64,000 nt of DNA from Octopus sinensis (taxonomy: Eukaryota), in assembly GCF_006345805.1 (NCBI RefSeq), contig NC_043011.1:18984464-19048463 (forward strand), given 5' to 3'. Below are positions 38,390 through 50,879 of this stretch, piece after piece. The notes beneath the pieces are model-generated. The model worked only from the letters and a program-made list of their open reading frames with translations. It had not been told where the DNA came from and did not search any database. The stretch's first letter is position 1. Every line of letters starts with the position of its first letter. Position numbers and translations under genes: made by a program.

Positions 38390-38598
38390 TTGTGTGTCTC
38401 TGTTTGTCCCCCTAGCATTGCTTGACAACCAATGTTGGCGTGTTTAAGTCCCCGTTACTTAGCGGTTCGGCAAAAGAGACCGATAGAATAAGTACTAGGC
38501 TTACAAAGAATAAGTCCCGGGGTCGATTTGCTCGACTAAATGCGGTGCTCCAGCATGGCCGCAGTCAAATGACTGAAACAAGTAAAAGAGTAAAGAGT
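38161..38598 (+). mobile_element. Full-length tRNA-derived SINE family A with an internal (TA)/(GT) microsatellite and (AGTAAA)-type tail
   Basis: Head ggcgcaggagtggctgtgtggtaag...ccgggttcagtccc (A/B boxes); near-identical inverted copy at 55322-55807. Confidence 0.92.
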
Positions 38599-39264
38599 AT
38601 TATTTACTGAATGAATTTTCTTGGAAAAGGAGTTGGACTAATATCATGTCAGTGATGAAGTCCATCATGATATATATGATAATCAATAAACATTTCGTGA
38701 TATGCTTATTTGTGCTCTGACCACATGATCTCTACGACAAGCATCTGCTGTTTCATTACTGTTAATACAATTGTCTGCTAATTTAGGCTTTTTTAAGTTT
38801 CTGATTTATTAAAATGATTCGAATTAATGTATTTTAGTTACCTAGTAAAATCAGATGCTAATTTAATATAACGTAACTCTTACATTATATCGGAAATGTG
38901 TATAAAACCTGAAATTCAGGACATGTAATTATGCCGTGGGAAGCTACTAGGAATGTTTTGGAAGTAAAACACAATTACACATGTCCGTGTGGAATACGAT
39001 ACCATTTTATCACGTGTTATTATTAATTTTCAAAAAATTTACTTTCACATTTTCTAACAAAACACAACATGTTAATATATTCCTGTTTACTTTGAACTGG
39101 CGAAAACTTGGGATCCTCATGAGGCAAAATCGAGTCCATCATATACATACGTATTTATTTATTATATATTTTCTCCCAACAACTGAACATGTGGGAAAAT
39201 CTCTTCAGCGAATTTTTTACTACTTTATCTATATCTATCTACCTATCACCTCCTCCCTCTCTCT

Positions 39265-39305
39265 CTCTCTGTATACACACACATACACACAGACAGACAC
39301 ACACA

Positions 39306-39357
<52 letters not shown>

Positions 39358-39370
39358 ATATATATATATA
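39265..39370. repeat. (CT)n/(CA)n/(TA)n microsatellite
   Basis: Directly visible. Confidence 0.93.
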
Positions 39371-40571
39371 CTCACACAAAGTTGAAATTTACAGAAAAAC
39401 AAAAGAAGACAGGTGTATAAACAAAAGTTATATTAATTTGACGCTCGATAAGGCAAGTGTTTTATACATATACATATGCGATGGGGTGACTGTATTTCTT
39501 TCCTTGCATTGACATTGGTCAATGGTAGTAAGCAGTGTCGCTTTCATGCAAGAATATCGTCCATAGAATGGACGATATCTTCAACATACATTTTACATAC
39601 CTATCAGATTCTTGAAGTGCTTTCATTTTATGTATATACATCTATTTACTCGATTGTTGACGTTTTGAAATTATTGCTCCCATTATTTGACTCGTTTTTC
39701 TATCATTAATACAACTCTCAGTAGTACTAGTAGTAGTAGTAGTAGTAGTATAGTAGTAGTAGTAGTATAGTCAGTGTCTATTAAAATTTGCAATTTGTTT
39801 TCTAAGAAAAATTGTAAAATGTAATGACAACTTATGCAATGTTGTCAAAAAATTACATTCGCATTATTTCAAAATTTTATATTGATATAGATACATAAGT
39901 CATTTACCACGATGTATGAGAATGTAGTCATAGAAGCTGAAATGATACGTGTCGTTTATTCACATATAAAAGGTTTCGTTCTTATAAATGTAAAACGCAA
40001 TGGAAAATTGGTAATTTTCATAAATTTCATTATGTAAATGTTATCAATATTTCTTATTGTAATGATACTTCCTTTATAACTTATTCCTACATAAATGGAA
40101 TTCCATATGAAAACTGGAAATACCTAGCGAAGGATGTTGTGAATCGGAACGGTTTACATAATGTTTTGCATATACTGAGTACATGTATTGTACAGATATT
40201 TATAATGGAGAAAAAGCAAGGAGGGAAACATCAGAAAGAATTCTATAGAAAGGACGTTGCGTTTGTATTGAATACATTTAGGTGATATTTATCTAATATT
40301 TTTATATGCTTGCTCGATGTTTGTTCATGGGCTATTGAACATTTATGCTTAGTGTACAATAAACAATGGTGCACATAAATAATTACGTCATTTCTGACAA
40401 GATATTCTGCTGTTGTAGAAGCATTAAGCAAACCATTTCTGCAGGTTCATGTAGTACTGGCCTGCGTTTATTAACATAGTACTAACGTCTAAATCTATTC
40501 TCGAGGATTCCTGACCATTAAGATATTTTTTCTTTTGAGCGGAACAGGAAAATGTGTCCATAATGGCACGT

Positions 40572-40701
40572 AATGACGGTTATCATGATGTTCATGATGA
40601 TGATGGTGATGATGATGATGATGATGATGATGACGACGACGACGATGATGACGACGACGAAGATGACGATGATGATGATGGTGATGATGATGATGATGAT
40701 A

Positions 40702-40737
<36 letters not shown>

Positions 40738-40840
40738 GTGATTATGATGGTGACGATGATGATGATGATGATGATGAATACGACCACAAAGACAGCAACA
40801 ACGACGACGATGATGACGACGACGACGATGACGATGATGG
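40572..40840. repeat. Imperfect (GAT/GAC)n trinucleotide repeat
   Basis: Directly visible; it produces poly-D, poly-M and poly-I ORFs in different frames. Confidence 0.95.
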
Positions 40841-40972
40841 GTATATATTTATAAAAAAAAGAAGTTTGAAAACGCCACTATATAATATAAATTTTAATTT
40901 TCTTAGAAATTTTACATGTTTCGGTTCTTGAAAAAACCTTATCAAAAGTATTTTTAAATGTTAAGAGTAATA

Positions 40973-41073
<101 letters not shown>

Positions 41074-42850
41074 TGTTGGTAGGGTTGGGGTGGGGTTGTG
41101 GGGGTTTGGGTATATAAGCACGTATGTCCATATATTTGTATGTTTGCCTGTTTGCTTATACAGATGAAAAAATTTAGTGTGTGACTGCGTGTGAAAGTAT
41201 GAATTTCTGTAATTTGATTTAGCTCTCAATCAATATACTAGTTTTCCATATATCTATTTCCACATCATATATCCTAATACGGACATGAAATTTCAAAGCG
41301 AATTGATTTTGGTTAGCTGGTCCAACATCTTCATGACTGAAATTTTCATGACATCCAATATTTGTCTACTCTCCTAAATAATTGTTTATTTATTAATTAC
41401 CTGCTCTGTATTTTGTGTGTAGAATAGAACGTAAAAGATACATTCCAAATTTCCTTCTATTTTGTACGTAGGCGCAGCAGTGCAGAGTATAAACAAGACG
41501 GAGTACTTGGCTGTTATCCAGATTTTGTGCTGAAGAATGCATCAAGGTTTTAAAGCCATTATGTGTTCAAAATGCTATTACCATCATTGGCGGGGCCTAC
41601 AATAGACTTTGTCATGTAATCCATGAAATTGTTCATTGCGTTTGACGACGTTCTATGGATGAAGAAAATCTCTGAAAACTTCATTCGACTGGAATATGTA
41701 CGTTAGTTCGTCAGTTGAGATTACGCATATTATTAACTGATATCTAATTCACCAATTGTATCAAATGTTCCATCCCAATGCTTAGTGATTGACTGCATGT
41801 CAATGAATATCTCCTAGCAGTCAATAATGCATACCTCTGTGACTGGAAAGATTTACGTTGTATAATAATATAATAATGATCAACGTTTCCCATCTAATAT
41901 TAAACAGATTTCAACAGGCTTCCATAACACCCAGGTTAGGTACGATAAATCACTGAAATGCGAAGATAAATGCAACATTAAAGATCCTGTTCGAAGCATT
42001 CAAGATTCAGAATATATATTTCCACCGAACTTTCAATGATGTATAACGAGATTTTAGCGCGATGCGAAAGAGTGTACGTGATATTGTAGAAAAACGAAAG
42101 CAATTTATTTAGATCTTATCATCTATAACAATAAGAATATTAGAGATAGAGAAATCAATTTTCTGCTAGTATAAACAATTATATGCACTAGAAATAGCAG
42201 CATCACTAGCGAAAATATATCATTCTATATGTTAGCATATTTTACACATCCATTTTATCCATCAACTAACAAAAGTTCACAAAAGCCTACTTGTTAACTT
42301 ACAACTAGCCTAAATAGGTGATGATAAGAAGATAGGATTAAACTGTATTTTAGTACCTGATCAATAGAAATACGAAATCAAGCTGTAACAATACGAAATT
42401 GTATCTTCCAGATTTCAAATAAATCTTCATATAGTACAATTCTATTCATTTCAACACACGTTTTTTACCTAATCTTATGACATATGTACCTTCTAATTTT
42501 GAGAAACATACATTAAAATTATCAATTTCAGTTTAACCATAGGCAAATACTAAGGGAAAATGAGCGAATGCCCTCCAGTCTATTAACTTTAATTACAAGT
42601 ATCTACGTGCTGTGTTTACACAATATATTTACGTAGGTTTAGCTTGTCTAGGAAGATAAAATATTTCATGCATGTATCAGAATATAAGAATGGCTTCAAA
42701 TTGAGATATTTCCCAGGGAATCAAAATTGAAATTGATGTAAATATTAAAAAAATATGTAAATATCAATGTTTTGCTTTGAAAACATCCAGAGATGTGCAT
42801 GCACGCATACACGCACACAAACACACATTTATATAGATAGATACACACAA

Positions 42851-42887
<37 letters not shown>

Positions 42888-43635
42888 ATATGGGTACCTG
42901 TGTATATATTTAAAGAAGTATTTTTTGAATGAACATTTTTTATCTTAATCTTAATAATAGTGTTTACAGTAGGTTACTCTGATATGAGTTTCAAGCCTTC
43001 AAGTAACCGTTCTGAAACTGAAGAACGTGTGTTTTACTGTTTGTTTTAATAGCAAAATACTTTTTCTTAAATGTATACATACAAAAGATATACAGAGAAA
43101 CGAGAAATGAATATGAAAAATATTTTTTAAATATTAAAGAACTTTCGAAAAAATAGATAGCGCAGGAGTTCATCAAGTGCAATAGATACAATAGAAAAGT
43201 CTCAAATCAGAAAGACTACGATTAACACAAACAGATACGGTTTTAATTAGGATAAAAAAAAGTATTGTTCAATCTGAAACATCTATTGATATATCAGAAA
43301 TATAAAACTATATATGAATACTAAAAATATACATGGTCATATAGATATAACCTAATAATAGAATATAAATAAAATTAATAGCTGAATATAGAAAAATATC
43401 TTTTAAAAAATTTTAAATATAATATCGAGGAAGGAATAGGCATTAAAAAGAGTTTTTGGTAATATATCAGAGGAAAATAAGGTGTTCGAATGATAGTTTC
43501 AGGAGTACATTCCCCCAGATTCGTTGTGAAACTTAAGATTAATTTCAATAGTATGCCCTCATCAGCTTACGCTAAAATGCTTACTAGGTATGAAATAATT
43601 TCATGCGTTTTGAAAACTTACTCTTTACTATTCTA

Positions 43636-43678
<43 letters not shown>

Positions 43679-43940
43679 TAAATAGATGGATAGATAGATA
43701 GATGAAGGTTACTTGGAAATGGATGCGTTGCGTTCGATCACATAATATAATGAAAATACCAATATATATGCATATAAACATACATATATATATACATATA
43801 TAAATACTTACATATATGTGTATACACACATGTATCTATGGGTACAGAACACCACAGAACGTAAACAACATGAAATACGAAAATAAAATGATATTCTAAA
43901 TACTACAACATGGAATACGAACATTTTATATACGAACAAA

Positions 43941-43981
<41 letters not shown>

Positions 43982-44021
43982 ATACATACATACATACATA
44001 CATACATACATAATACATATA

Positions 44022-44064
<43 letters not shown>

Positions 44065-44756
44065 CGTATGTATATACGCATTCAAAATATCTCCTCTTGT
44101 AAAATGTGATTGCAATATTATAATTAATTTCATCCATCCAAGAATATCTTTTAGCAATTTTGTAAAGAATATTACCAAATTGACATTCAACTCAAATGCA
44201 AAAACAATATCGCTTAACAATGTTGCTTGTTGTTATAATTACCCCTTACTAAAAGTAGAGAACACATGATATGTTTTATATGGTTGTGGGTGTGTGTGCA
44301 TGGATATGAATACATATACATACATATACATACATATATACATACCAAGAACTACTAGTAATTTCATGATTGTATGATACCTATAATTGGCATATTTAGA
44401 AGATACGTCATATATCTCCAGGCAATCTCTCTCTTTATGTGTTAGAAATATTTCAAGATCTAGGACGCCGGACAGTGAGAAAATAAGAAAAAACGAAATG
44501 GAATAATTCTTTCGATTTTAACTATATTGGATCTATGATTCATATATATATAAATATGAAAATTCTCTCTCTCCTTCTCTCTCTCTCTCTCACTCACCCC
44601 GAGAAACCCACACACCTTGTAGGAGTGATAAATAAAATTATAAAAAATCGGAAGCAATGTATTATGTGGCAGAATGGATTTGCAGATATATCCTTTGTAT
44701 CATAAACATTTCATTGACTCGACACAATGATACTGTTAATATATTGAGCTCAATGA

Positions 44757-44968
44757 AGGCAGAGTGCAGGCAGAACCATTAGCACGCCTGGCAAAATACT
44801 TAGTGGAATTTCTGACGTCTTTGTGTTCTGAGTTAGAATACCTCCGTGTTTGACTTGGCCTTCCATCCTCTCGGAGTCGATAGAATATTTACCAATTCAA
44901 CACTGGGGATATCCACTAACTATCTCCACCGAAAATTACTGGTCTTGCGCCAAAATTTGAAACCATTA
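44757..44968 (+). mobile_element. tRNA-derived SINE family B
   Basis: ggcagaaccattagcacgcctggcaaaat.cttag...tccatcctctcggagtcgata...ccaaaatttgaaacc. Confidence 0.83.
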
Positions 44969-46447
44969 TCAGGAGCTACATTTCATCCGCACACTTAGTA
45001 CCGTACAGACCGATTATGTTGCGGAGACGAAATACAGAATTTTTTTCACTCCTTGACAAGGTACCAAAATTTACAAGTGTCTTCTTAATATGATATTCAA
45101 AGGATTATATTTCTCACCTAGTGTTTAGCTTGAAGACAAGGGAGAATTATTGGTCAGTCAAAGATTGCGGAGAATATTCTTAGATGAAAAGACCCCGCCA
45201 TATATAACTGTCCGATCAGTATAGGTCATTACCGAGCGGTGTTTTGCCGTGATTGTTGTACATGTCAGTATATATACATACAATTGTCGTTTGTTGGTTC
45301 GTATATAGTTCGAGGAGAGTTACGTAGGTTTATTGTTACTAGACGGTTAGGGTGTTAAAAAGCATCGTCATAAAAATTGGTGATACAACAGCATTGGCGT
45401 CAAGTATTCGAAGCTCGCGCACGTCAGTTAACAATTATTTGTAACACAATTTGATAATAATGGAAGACGTATTAGCTTTTATAATACATTTGCAAAAGCA
45501 ACAGCAAGAACACCAATTTTTAGAATCAGCTATTATAGCAACAAGAAAAACAGCAAAAAGTTAATGGAGCTATGTTTTAAGAAGTTCGGAAACACTAACA
45601 GTTCATTTTCACCATGAAAGAGTAAAATAATACTCATGAACGTACACTCCGAGATGTACAATATTTGTATATATTTGAGATATTTCAGAGACTAAACTCA
45701 ATGAATATGATTGATAAATTTTGCAGAACGATTCGTTAATGTAAGGTCCTTTTCTCTAGGAGAGTTACAAATATGTTTTGCATTCTTTTCTTAATTTTGA
45801 ACCAATCATCGCAAGATAATTTGCAACTTTCAAATAGTAAGTGGTTAGAATATCTTATTCCTCTTATATGTTATCCTTATAATTGGATTATAATTAGGTA
45901 TATCAACGAATGCACGGCACATTTTCTATGTTATGTACCAAACTGTCAAATCCATTCTTTAAAAATTTGTTCACATATGGTTACCTACTTATTTGCATTT
46001 TGACATCCTACGCCAACCGTGTGAGTTATAGCCGAAGTTTTAAATATACTAATGCTTCAATTAGAAATTATGTATAACAAATATACAAAATTTATGTTAT
46101 ATTAAATATTTCTTTTGTAATCACAAGTGATGTGCAATTTTCTCCAAATACTTTAGTGTACTTTCCTCACATGGCTATAAAACGCACTTTTAAATTAGAT
46201 ATACCAGAAAAGTTTCTTTAGGCATAATCTAGACAGAATTAACAGATGCAGATATAAGTTCCAGTTATAAAAAATCGTTATCGAAATAACTATTGCCTGG
46301 GAATGATAAACTAGAGATAACTGTTCCCTCAAACCCCGATCTACAAAAAATTACTAGTACCCTCTAACAGAATTTCGTATCTTTACATCACGGACAGGTA
46401 TTCTGTCTCTCTCTCACTCCCACTCCTTCTACAGACGCACACACAAA

Positions 46448-46493
<46 letters not shown>

Positions 46494-46544
46494 CATATGT
46501 ATGTATGTATGTATGTATATATGTATATATATATATATATATAT

Positions 46545-46990
46545 TAATTATTGTTATTTAGAGGAATAAAATCCAACTTACAAGGAAAAAGAATTCAATT
46601 TAGAAATACTAAAACAAATTACACACAATATAATATAAATATAAAATATTAGAAAAAACACATTTTATCAATTCAAAATGAATAATTAAATTACACCATC
46701 TAGAAAATTACATTTAATACAAAATTAAAAATTAAAATAACGATTAAAAAGTAAAGATTAAGTAAATTACAAAAATAATATAATGCATACAATAGAAAAC
46801 GACACGTGTTTCGCTGCTATATTTAAGAATTGATCAGAGTAGTAGAGAAACCCCTTGCATATAAATATAGTCGCTCATCAGGTTAAAAATATAATAGAAC
46901 AGTAAAATAATTAATTAATATATATATACATATATGTATATGAAAATTCTAAATATACGTAATTGAAAAATAAAATAATACTTTAATAAT
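46545..46990 (-). mobile_element. AT-rich non-coding element carrying a hammerhead (PLE-tail or retrozyme-like), next to (TA)n
   Basis: Contains the hammerhead at 46798-46884. Its low-coordinate end (aggaataaaatccaacttacaaggaaaaa) resembles the reverse complement of 32615-32645. Confidence 0.5.
46798..46884 (-). ncRNA. Minimal type I hammerhead ribozyme
   Basis: Minus strand: AAC-CTGATGA-GCGACTATAT...ATATAGCAGC-GAAA-CACGTG-TC-GTT. Intact core, 8/10-bp stem II, palindromic ACACGTGT stem III, GUC triplet, 3-bp stem I. Confidence 0.78.
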
Positions 46991-47029
46991 TAAATATTTT
47001 AAAATTAAATAAAATACACAAAGCTATTA

Positions 47030-47310
47030 CATGTGTTTATTGCCTGAGTACATTGTGTGTATATGTCTGAACACGCTGCGTTCTTCCAAGCAATCTAATG
47101 CTCTTAGCTTAGGTTTTCCTTGGGGCTGGCCAGATTGGAGCAATCTCGAGTATAACCAGCCGAAATTGCAAAGATAATCTGGAACTCGACTGAGGAGAGA
47201 CAACTGCAAATCACCCGTCCTTGGTTCCTTTGTATCGTCTATCGCGATGTTTTGTTGTCCCTTTTTTGTATCACATACCTGTCTGGAGGTTTTGCATATG
47301 TATGTATATA
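47030..47310 (+). mobile_element. Diverged relative of the 3' part of the 47618-48471 element
   Basis: 47082-47240 aligns by eye with 48254-48412. Confidence 0.55.
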
Positions 47311-47334
47311 TGCATATATACATATATACACACG

Positions 47335-47525
47335 TTCATTTTATTCTTTTAGTTGTTTCAGCCATTTCTACTGCGATCATGATTGAACATTGCCTCGATG
47401 AATTTTAGCGGAGCAAACTTTTAAATACTAATTATATTCTATCGCTCTCTTTGCCGAACCTCTATGTTACGCGGACCTAAGAAATTTAGAAATGTCCTTA
47501 GGGGACAAAGCGACATACAAACACA
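47335..47525 (-). mobile_element. SINE family A, degenerate 3' half
   Basis: ttttattcttttagttgtttcag...tattctatcgctctctttgccgaacc is the reverse complement of the family A tail. Confidence 0.72.
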
Positions 47526-47585
47526 CTCATATATACATATACATACACACACACCCATACATATGTATATATATGTATATATATA

Positions 47586-47617
<32 letters not shown>

Positions 47618-48471
47618 GTCCTGTGGTTCTTGTGTCGTCTCTGTGGTGTTTCATGTTCTTGTCCATGTCTGTAATTATTTTTACTGTTTACCTATATAAT
47701 CGGCGGCTACGTATCCACAATTGTCCTTATACAATAAGTATATTTTTTCTCTAGCATTGATACGACTCTTAATCTGTCTCTTTCTCTCTCTCTCTCCTCC
47801 CTTATTCCCCTTCCTTTCTTTCCCTCTCCATCCGTCTCCCCCCCCCCTTCTACGTTTCTCTATCTCTCACCTCCAGCCCCCTCGATCTGTCTCTTTCTTC
47901 TCCTCCCTCGTCCACCTTCTCTCTCTTTTCATCTGTCCCTTTCTCCTGTCTTTTGTTCTCACGTGACCGCTAGCCGCTGTTGAGCGCTCTTTTCGTTTCA
48001 GCAGTCGCAGAAGCAACACGTATTTGTTCGTCTCCCCGCGGCCATTAGGCACAACTTCACAAGCCAGCCCCATACTCAACTCGTCCTGTCGAAAGACCCT
48101 TGTCCTACGTCCTGGTTTTGTTTTGTTGTTTATTTTTTATTTTTACCGTTATTGTTTTTACGTTTTTGTATTCTTATTGGTGTCACATATTCTGTATTTT
48201 TGGTTGTGTACTTCGTTCGTTTTCCGTCCTCGCGTTGTATACATTCGAAGCTTTCTTCCAGGGGATCTAATGCGCTTGGCTTAGATTTCCCTTGGCGGGC
48301 TGGCCATATCGGAGCAATCTCAAGATTAATCAGCCGAAATTGCTAAGATGATCTGGTTCTTGACTGATGACTGAGGGCTTCGAATGTCCCGTCCTGTGGT
48401 TCTTGTGTCGTCTCTGTGGTGTTTCATGTTCTTGTCCATGTCTGTAATTATTTTTACTGTTTACCTATATA
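47618..48471 (+). mobile_element. Non-coding element with identical 81-bp terminal direct repeats, embedded in (TA)n (Penelope pseudo-LTR or partial-tandem-like)
   Basis: 47618-47698 equals 48391-48471; CT-rich interior; (TA)n on both sides; no TG..CA ends and no ORF. Confidence 0.62.
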
Positions 48472-48542
48472 TATATATATATATATATATCTATATACAT
48501 AACATACATACATATATACATACATATATGTATTTATGTATG

Positions 48543-48574
<32 letters not shown>

Positions 48575-49249
48575 CGTTTTCATGTATGTATGTATGTATA
48601 AATACATAAAAATAGAAGCTGAATAAGCACTGAGAATAGTTGAAATATATTTCATTAATATATTTAAAGCTTTAATCGGCTTCACAGTTTACACTAATTT
48701 TCAAAATTTCAAAAAGTTCAAATACAAAGATCTGGCTTATGTCGCACGTGTTTTGCTTCTGAATAGTGTTTGAAGCTAGCCGTAGTTCCGTAGGGAGTTC
48801 ATGACTTAAATTTGTATGTTTTGTACAGTAATTAATAGGATAGTCACATGACTAGAATAGTTTCAGAAACATGTGCAAACCATCAAAGCCCTAACTTGCG
48901 ACACCAAACATTCTCCTTTGAGAGTAACACACGGGCGTAGCGGGAAGCGTAAAATATCTCTGAGACCAGTTATGTTATTATCTTCATCCAATCAAAGCCT
49001 ATTCAAAACACATATTAATTTGAGTCATGAATTCTTTATAAAAAAAAGCTTCAAACATTTGTCAGAAGCAAGGCAGCTTGGACATAACCCACGTCCTCCT
49101 ATTTGAACATTTTGAAAATCCGTGTAAACTATGAAACAGTTTTAAACTTTAAATATATTAATAAAGAATTATTTTCAATTTATAAATTTTCCTATATTTC
49201 TACCTGTGTGGAACATGTCACATATGATGACGAAAAGAGAAACGAACAC

Positions 49250-49391
49250 GCAATCCAGCTATCCAGTTTCTGTCAACCAAATCTACGCACAAATCTTTCG
49301 TCGGCCCAGATCTATAGTAGAAGACTGTTATCAAAAGTATTACGCAGTGGGACTGAGGCAGAAACCATGTGATTGAAAAGCAAACTCCTTA

Positions 49392-49395
<4 letters not shown>
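49250..49395 (-). mobile_element. SINE family A, degenerate 5' part
   Basis: caaccaaatct.c.cacaa...cgcagtgggactga...aaccatgtg.ttg.aaagcaaact.cttaccac. Confidence 0.72.
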
Positions 49396-49438
<43 letters not shown>

Positions 49439-49444
49439 TATATA

Positions 49445-49501
<57 letters not shown>

Positions 49502-50238
49502 ATATTTAACGCCTTACCTGTATAGCGATATATATAACGTGTATATTTTTGCCTATTTCACTGAAGAACCTGTATTATACTTTATGTAATTTTCCTTCAT
49601 ATATTATCATATATATTACAATTAGTAGAATGAATGCTGTCATGAAGAGACGAAACCTTTTATTTTTTGCACAAATTGTGAAATTCAAATATAAATTCAA
49701 TGGCGCCACAATTATCACACGTTTCATATAGCTCTTATTTCAACTGATTACTCAATATTTAATTTACCCCAAATAAAACCAAATTTTTCATTGTTTTTAT
49801 GACGCACAGTAAAGTGAGTCTCAAATTCTGTAAGAAATTAAGGTACAGCTGCACCGAAATTCAGGTATATCCCAACATTTGAGAACAATTATGCCATTAC
49901 ATAAGCTCAATATTAACGTCAGTATTTGTGCACAATATGTCTGTAAAGTTTGATTGGTTCTATACATGAGCACATATAGATAATCTGTCCCTTTATCGAC
50001 CTATCTCTGTCTCTCTGTCTGTCCGTCTGACTCTCTCTCTCACTATATATATATACATATATATTTGTATATATATATATATATAGAATATATATATATA
50101 TATATATATAATATATATATATAGCATATATACATATATAAATAACATGTATATACACATGTGTATATTCATATGCACATACATACACACAAATGTAATT
50201 TTCACAAATGTATATACGTATGTATATATATATATATA

Positions 50239-50269
<31 letters not shown>

Positions 50270-50879
50270 CTGTGTCTGTGTGTTGCCGAATTTCTGTACG
50301 TCAGTGTATTTTTATGCATGTGCACATTTATATCTGTTTGATCGTTCATTGCTTTTGAGTGAAATACATGTAATGTAAAATATGTCAACAAACGAACATT
50401 TGCAGTCGATTCGTCGTGCAACTTAAACAACATAATCTTCTTATTAGGGATTTTTGAAGTGAAAACATATGTTATTTTGGATGTTCCTTCACAACTAATC
50501 CGTATTAAATGCTAGAGTTTTCGTTGCTTCTTAACTTGAATATCGATATATATATATATATATATATACATATACAATAACACCAGTTACGAAAATTTAA
50601 AGCGATTTTAATGCTAAAATCAAACAATAAAATCTGTGTCAAATAGTTTTAACAATAGCGCATGTATAGTCTACAAGTGTCTTGCATGATTTCCCGAATA
50701 TAACTCTGTAACAAAATAAAAAAATAAAACAGCGATGGTAGTATAACAGCCTATGTGAGCATAATTGCTCATATTACCACAGGGAAATAGCTATAAATTA
50801 CTTTTAAATATCCTAGCTTACAGTACTTGTGTTTTGACTGTTATTTTGTGTCGTTAGTACACTCTTATTCCGAGTGTTT

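Noticed and set aside
39554-39578. Perfect 11-bp hairpin atatcgtccat-aga-atggacgatat
   Set aside because: It is isolated and short, with no associated element or second copy; too little to interpret.
40554-40931. Poly-Asp ORF as an acidic biomineralisation-type protein
   Set aside because: It is an imperfect (GAT/GAC)n tract open in multiple frames, with no signal peptide, unique domain or splice support.
45017-45390. Solo LTR (TGTTG...CAACA with an internal tatataa)
   Set aside because: The flanks gatta / gcatt do not form a TSD and there is no second copy in the window; it could still be an old LTR but is unsupported.
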